A stretch of 64,000 bases of DNA. It comes from Auanema rhodensis (Eukaryota; Animalia; Nematoda). Under the pieces are notes generated by a model, which saw only the letters and a list, made by a program, of their open reading frames with translations, ran no database searches and was not told the origin of the DNA. Made by a program: the position numbers and the translations under genes. The stretch spans positions 2,480,001 through 2,544,000 of the forward strand of contig OZ059896.1 in assembly GCA_964057225.1 (NCBI GenBank), in the 5' to 3' direction. This document shows positions 53,496 through 64,000 of this stretch, piece by piece (position 1 is the first letter of the stretch; the number at the start of each line of letters is the position of its first letter).

Positions 53496-56400
53496 TTCAC
53501 GTAAATTTCAAAGTCATGGTTACCATGCACCAATATCAATAAAAATTTGTTTTTAGACTAATATGTACATGGAGAATCTAATTTTAAAAACCGCATCTCT
53601 TTATTTTTCACGTGAAGCGAGTTACATACCAAGTGCACATCACGTGTACATTTAATTAGCATAAATTAAAGTTCACGTAAATTTCAAAGTCATGGTTACC
53701 ATGAACCAATATCAATAAAAATTTGTTTTTAGACTAATATGGACATGGGGAATCTAATTTTGAAAACCGCATCTCTTTATCTTTCACGTGAAGCGAGTTA
53801 CATACCAAGTGCACATCACGTGTACATTTAATTAGCATAAATTAAAGTTCACGTAAATTTCAAACTCATGGTTACCATGCACCAATATCAATAAAAATTT
53901 GTTTTTAGACTAATATGGACATGGAGAATCTAATTTTGAAAACCGCATCTCTTTATCTTTCACGTGAAGCGAGTTACATACCAAGTGCACATCACGTGTA
54001 CATTTAATTAGCATAAATTAAAGTTCACGTAAATTTCAAACTCATGGTTACCATGCACCAATATCAATAAAAATTTGTTTTTAGACTAATATGGACATGG
54101 AGAATCTAATTTTGAAAACCGCATCTCTTTATCTTTCACGTGAAGCGAGTTACATACCAAGTGCACATCACGTGTACATTTAATTAGCATAAATTAAAGT
54201 TCACGTAAATTTCAAACTCATGGTTACCATGCACCAATATCAATAAAAATTTGTTTTTAGACTAATATGGACATGGGGAATCTATATTTGAAAAACGCAT
54301 CTCTTTATCTTTCACGTGAAGCGAGTTACATACCAAGTGCACATCACGTGTACATTTAATTAGCATAAATCAAAGTTCACGTAAATTTCAAAGTCATGGT
54401 TACCATGCACCAATATCAATAAAATTTTGTTTTTAGACTAATATGGACATGGGGAATCTAATTATGAAAACCGCATCTCTTTATCTTTCACGTGAAGCGA
54501 GTTACATACCAAGTGCACATCACGTGTACATTTAATTAGCATAAATTAAAGTTCACGTAAATTTCAAAGTCATGGTTACCATGCACCAATATCAATAAAA
54601 ATTTGTTTTTAGACTAATATGTACATGGAGAATCTAATTTTAAAAACCGCATCTCTTTATTTTTCACGTGAAGCGAGTTACATACCAAGTGCACATCACG
54701 TGTACATTTAATTAGCATAAATTAAAGTTCACGTAAATTTCAAAGTCATGGTTACCATGAACCAATATCAATAAAAATTTGTTTTTAGACTAATATGGAC
54801 ATGGGGAATCTAATTTTGAAAACCGCATCTCTTTATCTTTCACGTGAAGCGAGTTACATACCAAGTGCACATCACGTGTACATTTAATTAGCATAAATTA
54901 AAGTTCACGTAAATTTCAAACTCATGGTTACCATGCACCAATATCAATAAAAATTTGTTTTTAGACTAATATGGACATGGAGAATCTAATTTTGAAAACC
55001 GCATCTCTTTATCTTTCACGTGAAGCGAGTTACATACCAAGTGCACATCACGTGTACATTTAATTAGCATAAATTAAAGTTCACGTAAATTTCAAACTCA
55101 TGGTTACCATGCACCAATATCAATAAAAATTTGTTTTTAGACTAATATGGACATGGGGAATCTATATTTGAAAAACGCATTTCTTTATCTTTCACGTGAA
55201 GCGAGTTACATACCAAGTGCACATCACGTGTACATTTAATTAGCATAAATCAAAGTTCACGTAAATTTCAAAGTCATGGTTACCATGCACCAATATCAAT
55301 AAAATTTTGTTTTTAGACTAATATGGACATGGGGAATCTAATTATGAAAACCGCATCTCTTTATCTTTCACGTGAAGCGAGTTACATACCAAGTGCACAT
55401 CACGTGTACATTTAATTAGCATAAATTAAAGTTCACGTAAATTTCAAAGTCATGGTTACCATGCACCAATATCAATAATATTTTGTTTTTAGACTAATAT
55501 GGACATGGGGAATCTAATTTTGAAAACCGCATCTCTTTATTTTTCACGTGAAGCGAGTTACATACCAAGTGCACATCACGTGTACATTTAATTAGCATAA
55601 ATTAAAGTTCACGTAAATTTCAAACTCATGGTTACCATGCACCAATATCAATAAAAATTTGTTTTTAGACTAATATGTACATGGAGAATCTAATTTTAAA
55701 AACCGCATCTCTTTATCTTTCACGTGAAGCGAGTTACATACCTAGTGCACATCACGTGTACATTTAATTAGCATAAATTAAAGTTCACGTAAATTTCAAA
55801 GTCATGGTTACCATGAACCAATATCAATAAAAATTTGTTTTTAGACTAATATGGACATGGGGAATCTAATTTTGAAAACCGCATCTCTTTATCTTTCACG
55901 TGAAGCGAGTTACATACCAAGTGCACATCACGTGTACATTTAATTAGCATAAATTAAAGTTCACGTAAATTTCAAAGTCATGGTTACCATGCACCAATAT
56001 CAATAAAATTTTATTTTTAGACTAATATGGACATGGGGAATCTAATTTTGAAAACCGCATCTCTTTATCTTTCACGTGAAGCGAGTTACATACCAAGTGC
56101 ACATCACGTGTACATTTAATTAGCATAAATTAAAGTTCACGTAAATTTCAAAGTCATGGTTACCATGCACCAATATCAATAAAAATTTGTTTTTAGACTA
56201 ATATGTACATGGAGAATCTAATTTTAAAAACCGCATCTCTTTATTTTTCACGTGAAGCGAGTTACATACCAAGTGCACATCACGTGTACATTTAATTAGC
56301 ATAAATTAAAGTTCACGTAAATTTCAAAGTCATGGTTACCATGAACCAATATCAATAAAAATTTGTTTTTAGACTAATATGGACATGGGGAATCTAATTT

Positions 56401-58775
56401 TGAAAACCGCATCTCTTTATCTTTCACGTGAAGCGAGTTACATACCAAGTGCACATCACGTGTACATTTAATTAGCATAAATTAAAGTTCACGTAAATTT
56501 CAAACTCATGGTTACCATGCACCAATATCAATAAAAATTTGTTTTTAGACTAATATGGACATGGAGAATCTAATTTTGAAAACCGCATCTCTTTATCTTT
56601 CACGTGAAGCGAGTTACATACCAAGTGCACATCACGTGTACATTTAATTAGCATAAATTAAAGTTCACGTAAATTTCAAACTCATGGTTACCATGCACCA
56701 ATATCAATAAAAATTTGTTTTTAGACTAATATGGACATGGAGAATCTAATTTTGAAAACCGCATCTCTTTATCTTTCACGTGAAGCGAGTTACATACCAA
56801 GTGCACATCACGTGTACATTTAATTAGCATAAATTAAAGTTCACGTAAATTTCAAACTCATGGTTACCATGCACCAATATCAATAAAAATTTGTTTTTAG
56901 ACTAATATGGACATGGGGAATCTATATTTGAAAAACGCATCTCTTTATCTTTCACGTGAAGCGAGTTACATACCAAGTGCACATCACGTGTACATTTAAT
57001 TAGCATAAATCAAAGTTCACGTAAATTTCAAAGTCATGGTTACCATGCACCAATATCAATAAAATTTTGTTTTTAGACTAATATGGACATGGGGAATCTA
57101 ATTATGAAAACCGCATCTCTTTATCTTTCACGTGAAGCGAGTTACATACCAAGTGCACATCACGTGTACATTTAATTAGCATAAATTAAAGTTCACGTAA
57201 ATTTCAAAGTCATGGTTACCATGCACCAATATCAATAAAAATTTGTTTTTAGACTAATATGTACATGGAGAATCTAATTTTAAAAACCGCATCTCTTTAT
57301 TTTTCACGTGAAGCGAGTTACATACCAAGTGCACATCACGTGTACATTTAATTAGCATAAATTAAAGTTCACGTAAATTTCAAAGTCATGGTTACCATGA
57401 ACCAATATCAATAAAAATTTGTTTTTAGACTAATATGGACATGGGGAATCTAATTTTGAAAACCGCATCTCTTTATCTTTCACGTGAAGCGAGTTACATA
57501 CCAAGTGCACATCACGTGTACATTTAATTAGCATAAATTAAAGTTCACGTAAATTTCAAACTCATGGTTACCATGCACCAATATCAATAAAAATTTGTTT
57601 TTAGACTAATATGGACATGGAGAATCTAATTTTGAAAACCGCATCTCTTTATCTTTCACGTGAAGCGAGTTACATACCAAGTGCACATCACGTGTACATT
57701 TAATTAGCATAAATTAAAGTTCACGTAAATTTCAAACTCATGGTTACCATGCACCAATATCAATAAAAATTTGTTTTTAGACTAATATGGACATGGGGAA
57801 TCTATATTTGAAAAACGCATCTCTTTATCTTTCACGTGAAGCGAGTTACATACCAAGTGCACATCACGTGTACATTTAATTAGCATAAATCAAAGTTCAC
57901 GTAAATTTCAAAGTCATGGTTACCATGCACCAATATCAATAAAATTTTGTTTTTAGACTAATATGGACATGGGGAATCTAATTATGAAAACCGCATCTCT
58001 TTATCTTTCACGTGAAGCGAGTTACATACCAAGTGCACATCACGTGTACATTTAATTAGCATAAATTAAAGTTCACGTAAATTTCAAAGTCATGGTTACC
58101 ATGCACCAATATCAATAATATTTTGTTTTTAGACTAATATGGACATGGGGAATCTAATTTTGAAAACCGCATCTCTTTATTTTTCACGTGAAGCGAGTTA
58201 CATACCAAGTGCACATCACGTGTACATTTAATTAGCATAAATTAAAGTTCACGTAAATTTCAAACTCATGGTTACCATGCACCAATATCAATAAAAATTT
58301 GTTTTTAGACTAATATGTACATGGAGAATCTAATTTTAAAAACCGCATCTCTTTATCTTTCACGTGAAGCGAGTTACATACCTAGTGCACATCACGTGTA
58401 CATTTAATTAGCATAAATTAAAGTTCACGTAAATTTCAAAGTCATGGTTACCATGAACCAATATCAATAAAAATTTGTTTTTAGACTAATATGGACATGG
58501 GGAATCTAATTTTGAAAACCGCATCTCTTTATCTTTCACGTGAAGCGAGTTACATACCAAGTGCACATCACGTGTACATTTAATTAGCATAAATTAAAGT
58601 TCACGTAAATTTCAAAGTCATGGTTACCATGCACCAATATCAATAAAATTTTATTTTTAGACTAATATGGACATGGGGAATCTAATTTTGAAAACCGCAT
58701 CTCTTTATCTTTCACGTGAAGCGAGTTACATACCAAGTGCACATCACGTGTACATTTAATTAGCATAAATTAAAG
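53496..58775. repeat. 15-mer HOR duplication (2 x 2640 bp) with nested 6-mer/5-mer sub-repeats
   Basis: ATATGTACAT at 53561/56201 and TTATTTTTAG at 56011/58651 (2640 = 15x176). GGAATCTATA at 53221, 54277 and 55157 (6 then 5 monomers). Confidence 0.92.
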
Positions 58776-61700
58776 TTCACGTAAATTTCAAACTCATGGT
58801 TACCATGCACCAATATCAATAAAAATTTGTTTTTAGACTAATATGGACATGGAGAATCTAATTTTGAAAACCGCATCTCTTTATCTTTCACGTGAAGCGA
58901 GTTACATACCAAGTGCACATCACGTGTACATTTAATTAGCATAAATTAAAGTTCACGTAAATTTCAAACTCATGGTTACCATGCACCAATATCAATAAAA
59001 ATTTGTTTTTAGACTAATATGGACATGGAGAATCTATTTTTAAAAACCGCATCTCTTTATCTTTCACGTGAAGCGAGTTACATACCAAGTGCACATCACG
59101 TGTACATTTAATTAGCATAAATTAAAGTTCACGTAAATTTCAAACTCATGGTTACCATGCACCAATATCAATAGAAATTTGTTTTTAGACTAATATGGAC
59201 ATGGAGAATCTAATTTTGAAAACCGCATCTCTTTATCTTTCACGTGAAGCGAGTTACATACCAAGTGCACATCACGTGTATATTTAATTAGCATAAATTA
59301 AAGTTCACGTAAATTTCAAAGTCATGGTTACCATGCACCAATATCAATAATATTTTGTTTTTAGACTAATATGGACATTAGGAATCTAATTTTGAAAACC
59401 GCATCTCTTTATCTTTCACGTGAAGCGAGTTACATACCAAGTGCACATCACGTGTACTTTTAATTAGCATAAATTAAAGTTCACGTAAATTTCAAACTCA
59501 TGGTTACCATGCACCAATATCAATAAAAATTTGTTTTTAGACTACTATGGACATGGAGAATCTAATTTTGAAAACCGCATCTCTTTATCTTTCACGTGAA
59601 GCGAGTTACATACCAAGTGCACATCACGTGTACATTTAATTAGCATAAATTAAAGTTCACGTAAATTTCAAACTCATGGTTACCATGCACCAATATCAAT
59701 AAAAATTTGTTTTTAGACTAATATGGACATGGAGAATCTAATTTTGAAAACCGCATCTCTTTATCTTTCACGTGAAGCGAGTTACATACCAAGTGCACAT
59801 CACGTGTACATTTAATTAGCATAAATTAAAGTTCACGTAAATTTCAAACTCATGGTTACCATGCACCAATATCAATACAATTTTGTTTTTAGACTAATAT
59901 GGACATGGGGAATCTAATTTTGAAAACAGCATCTCTTTATCTTTCACGTGAGGCGAGTTACATACCAAGTGCACATCACGTGTACATTTAATTAGCATAA
60001 GTTAAAGTTCACGTAAAATTCAAAGTCATGGTTACCATGCACCAATATCAATAAAATTTTGTTTTTAGACTAATATGGACATGGGGAATCTAATTATGAA
60101 AACCGCATCTCTTTATTTTTCACGTGAAGCGAGTTACATACCAAGTGCACATCACGTGTACATTTAATTAGCATAAATTAAAGTTCACGTAAATTTCAAA
60201 GTCATGGTTACCATGCACCAATATCAATAAAATTTTGTTTTTAGACTAATATGGACATGGGGAATCTAATTTTGAAAACCGCATCTCTTTATTTTTCACG
60301 TGAAGCGAGTTACATACCAAGTGCACATCACGTGTACATTTAATTAGCATAAATTAAAGTTCACGTAAATTTCAAACTCATGGTTACCATGCACCAATAT
60401 CAATAAAAATTTGTTTTTAGACTAATATGGACATGGAGAATCTAATTTTAAAAACCGCATCTCTTTATCTTTCACGTGAAGCGAGTTACATACCAAGTGC
60501 ACATCACGTGTACATTTAATTAGCATAAATTAAAGTTCACGTAAATTTCAAAGTCATGGTTACCATGCACCAATATCAATAAAATTTTATTTTTAGACTA
60601 ATATGGACATGGGGAATCTAATTTTGAAAACCGCATCTCTTTATCTTTCACGTGAAGCGAGTTACATACCAAGTGCACATCACGTGTACATTTAATTAGC
60701 ATAAATTAAAGTTCACGTAAATTTCAAACTCATGGTTACCATGCACCAATATCAATAAAAATTTGTTTTTAGACTAATATGGACATGGAGAATCTAATTT
60801 TGAAAACCGCATCTCTTTATCTTTCACGTGAAGCGAGTTACATACCAAGTGCACATCACGTGTACATTTAATTAGCATAAATTAAAGTTCACGTAAATTT
60901 CAAACTCATGGTTACCATGCACCAATATCAATAAAAATTTGTTTTTAGACTAATATGGACATGGAGAATCTATTTTTAAAAACCGCATCTCTTTATCTTT
61001 CACGTGAAGCGAGTTACATACCAAGTGCACATCACGTGTACATTTAATTAGCATAAATTAAAGTTCACGTAAATTTCAAACTCATGGTTACCATGCACCA
61101 ATATCAATAGAAATTTGTTTTTAGACTAATATGGACATGGAGAATCTAATTTTGAAAACCGCATCTCTTTATCTTTCACGTGAAGCGAGTTACATACCAA
61201 GTGCACATCACGTGTACATTTAATTAGCATAAATTAAAGTTCACGTAAATTTCAAAGTCATGGTTACCATGCACCAATATCAATAATATTTTGTTTTTAG
61301 ACTAATATGGACATTAGGAATCTAATTTTGAAAACCGCATCTCTTTATCTTTCACGTGAAGCGAGTTACATACCAAGTGCACATCACGTGTACTTTTAAT
61401 TAGCATAAATTAAAGTTCACGTAAATTTCAAACTCATGGTTACCATGCACCAATATCAATAAAAATTTGTTTTTAGACTACTATGGACATGGAGAATCTA
61501 ATTTTGAAAACCGCATCTCTTTATCTTTCACGTGAAGCGAGTTACATACCAAGTGCACATCACGTGTACATTTAATTAGCATAAATTAAAGTTCACGTAA
61601 ATTTCAAACTCATGGTTACCATGCACCAATATCAATAAAAATTTGTTTTTAGACTAATATGGACATGGAGAATCTAATTTTGAAAACCGCATCTCTTTAT

Positions 61701-62119
61701 CTTTCACGTGAAGCGAGTTACATACCAAGTGCACATCACGTGTACATTTAATTAGCATAAATTAAAGTTCACGTAAATTTCAAACTCATGGTTACCATGC
61801 ACCAATATCAATACAATTTTGTTTTTAGACTAATATGGACATGGGGAATCTAATTTTGAAAACAGCATCTCTTTATCTTTCACGTGAGGCGAGTTACATA
61901 CCAAGTGCACATCACGTGTACATTTAATTAGCATAAGTTAAAGTTCACGTAAAATTCAAAGTCATGGTTACCATGCACCAATATCAATAAAAATTTGTTT
62001 TTAGACTAATATGGACATGGGGAATCTAATTTTGAAAACCGCATCTCTTTATCTTTCACGTGAAGCGAGTTACATACCAAGTGCACATCACGTGTACATT
62101 TAATTAGCATAAATTAAAG
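58600..62119. repeat. 11-mer HOR duplication (1936 bp)
   Basis: ACTACTATGG at 59541/61477 and ATCAATACAA at 59871/61807 (1936 = 11x176). The AAAACAGCAT variant repeats at the same offset. Confidence 0.9.
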
Positions 62120-64000
62120 TTCACTTAAATTTCAAAGTCATGGTTACCATGCACCAATATCAATAAAAATTTGTTTTTAGACTAATATGGACATGGGGAA
62201 TCTAATTTTGAAAACCGCATCTCTTTATCTTTCACGTGAAGCGAGTTACATACCAAGTGCACATCACGTGTACATTTAATTAGCATAAATTAAAGTTCAC
62301 TTAAATTTGAAAGTCATGGTTACCATGCACCAATATCAATAAAAATTTGTTTTTAGACTAATATGGACATGGGGAATCTATATTTGAAAAACGCATCTCT
62401 TTATCTTTCACGTGAAGCGAGTTACATACCAAGTGCACATCACGTGTACATTTAATTAGCATAAATCAAAGTTCACGTAAATTTCAAAGTCATGGTTACC
62501 ATGCACCAATATCAATAAAATTTTGTTTTTAGACTAATATGGACATGGGGAATCTAATTTTGAAAACCGCATCTCTTTATTTTTCACGTGAAGCGAGTTA
62601 CATACCAAGTGCACATCACGTGTACATTTAATTAGCATAAATTAAAGTTCACGTAAATTTCAAACTCATGGTTACCATGCACCAATATCAATAAAAATTT
62701 GTTTCTAGACTAATATGTACATGGAGAATCTAATTTTAAAAACCGCATCTCTTTATCTTTCACGTGAAGCGAGTTACATACCTAGTGCACATCACGTGTA
62801 CATTTAATTAGCATAAATTAAAGTTCACGTAAATTTCAAAGTCATGGTTACCATGAACCAATATCAATAAAAATTTGTTTTTAGACTAATATGGACATGG
62901 GGAATCTAATTTTGAAAACCGCATCTCTTTATCTTTCACGTGAAGCGAGTTACATACCAAGTGCACATCACGTGTACATTTAATTAGCATAAATTAAAGT
63001 TCACGTAAATTTCAAACTCATGGTTACCATGCACCAATATCAATAAAAATTTGTTTTTAGACTAATATGGACATGGAGAATCTAATTTTGAAAACCGCAT
63101 CTCTTTATCTTTCACGTGAAGCGAGTTACATACCAAGTGCACATCACGTGTACATTTAATTAGCATAAATTAAAGTTCACGTAAATTTCAAACTCATGGT
63201 TACCATGCACCAATATCAATAAAAATTTGTTTTTAGAGTAATATGGACATGGAGAATCTATTTTTAAAAACCGCATCTCTTTATCTTTCACGTGAAGCGA
63301 GTTACATACCAAGTGCACATCACGTGTACATTTAATTAGCATAAATTAAAGTTCACGTAAATTTCAAACTCATGGTTACCATGCACCAATATCAATAAAA
63401 ATTTGTTTTTAGACTAATATGGACATGGAGAATCTAATTTTGAAAACCGCATCTCTTTATCTTTCACGTGAAGCGAGTTACATACCAAGTGCACATCACG
63501 TGTACATTTAATTAGCATAAATTAAAGTTCACGTAAATTTCAAACTCATGGTTACCATGCACCAATATCAATAAAAATTTGTTTTTAGACTAATATGGAC
63601 ATGGAGAATCTATTTTTAAAAACCGCATCTCTTTATCTTTCACGTGAAGCGAGTTACATACCAAGTGCACATCACGTGTACATTTAATTAGCATAAATTA
63701 AAGTTCACGTAAATTTCAAACTCATGGTTACCATGCACCAATATCAATAGAAATTTGTTTTTAGACTAATATGGACATGGAGAATCTAATTTTGAAAACC
63801 GCATCTCTTTATCTTTCACGTGAAGCGAGTTACATACCAAGTGCACATCACGTGTACATTTAATTAGCATAAATTAAAGTTCACGTAAATTTCAAAGTCA
63901 TGGTTACCATGCACCAATATCAATAATATTTTGTTTTTAGACTAATATGGACATTAGGAATCTAATTTTGAAAACCGCATCTCTTTATCTTTCACGTGAA

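Larger units (their letters stand above)
11264..64000. repeat. 176-bp tandem satellite array (299 full monomers + 121-bp partial; open at the right window edge); candidate centromeric/pericentromeric satellite
   Basis: TTCACGTAAA starts at 11264, 11440 ... 63880; 63880-11264 = 299x176-8. Consensus: TTCACGTAAATTTCAAA(G/C)TCATGGTTACCATG(C/A)ACCAATATCAATAAAA(A/T)TTTGTTTTTAGACTAATATGGACATGG(G/A)GAATCTAATTTTGAAAACCGCATCTCTTTATCTTTCACGTGAAGCGAGTTACATACCAAGTGCACATCACGTGTACATTTAATTAGCATAAATTAAAG. The array is directly seen; the centromeric role is inference. Confidence 0.99.

Noticed and set aside
19167-63342. Eight 60-aa minus-strand ORFs (MLIKCTRDVH...) as protein-coding genes
   Set aside because: Each is one satellite monomer with a stop-removing SNP. 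The other ~290 monomers have a stop at that codon, 176 is not a multiple of 3, and I recognise no domain.
11264-64000. CRISPR array
   Set aside because: Whole monomers repeat with no unique spacers, and there are no cas genes.
1-64000. CENP-B box (TTCGNNNNANNCGGG)
   Set aside because: TTCGAGGCA in the 351-mer lacks the CGGG half, and the 176-mer has no match.
11264-64000. Assignment to a known satellite family (primate alpha satellite, Arabidopsis CEN178, honeybee AluI 176-bp, Drosophila 359-bp)
   Set aside because: Only the lengths are similar. I recognise no sequence match, and the 176-bp consensus has no AGCT (AluI) site. A database search is needed.
1-64000. Embedded transposon, telomeric repeat, rDNA/5S/tRNA unit or inversion
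   Set aside because: The register arithmetic of both arrays leaves no room for insertions, all monomers have the same orientation, and I recognised no RNA-gene, Pol III box or telomere motifs.

Overview
The whole 64 kb is non-coding, AT-rich tandem satellite DNA of eukaryotic type. I can support no gene, RNA gene, transposon or CRISPR array. Two head-to-tail arrays abut with no spacer. (1) 1-11263: a 351-bp satellite (32 full monomers plus 33 bp) built from several hairpins/dyads, with an 11-mer higher-order repeat (HOR). (2) 11264-64000: a 176-bp satellite (299 full monomers plus 121 bp, about 32% GC by hand count of the consensus), with only 8 net single-base deletions in 52.7 kb. Each 176-mer carries two perfect E-boxes (CACGTG) and a third TCACGT core, spaced 32 and 33 bp apart, plus several short dyads. 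The 176-bp array is a patchwork of local HORs (7-15 monomers), variant domains and long-range copied blocks. Nucleosome-sized monomers, homogeneity, HORs and dyad richness resemble a (peri)centromeric satellite domain, but centromere function is inference only. I cannot name the organism or either satellite family. The eight 60-aa ORFs are by-products of single SNPs that remove a stop codon in the 176-mer. All counts were made by eye from the numbered lines.
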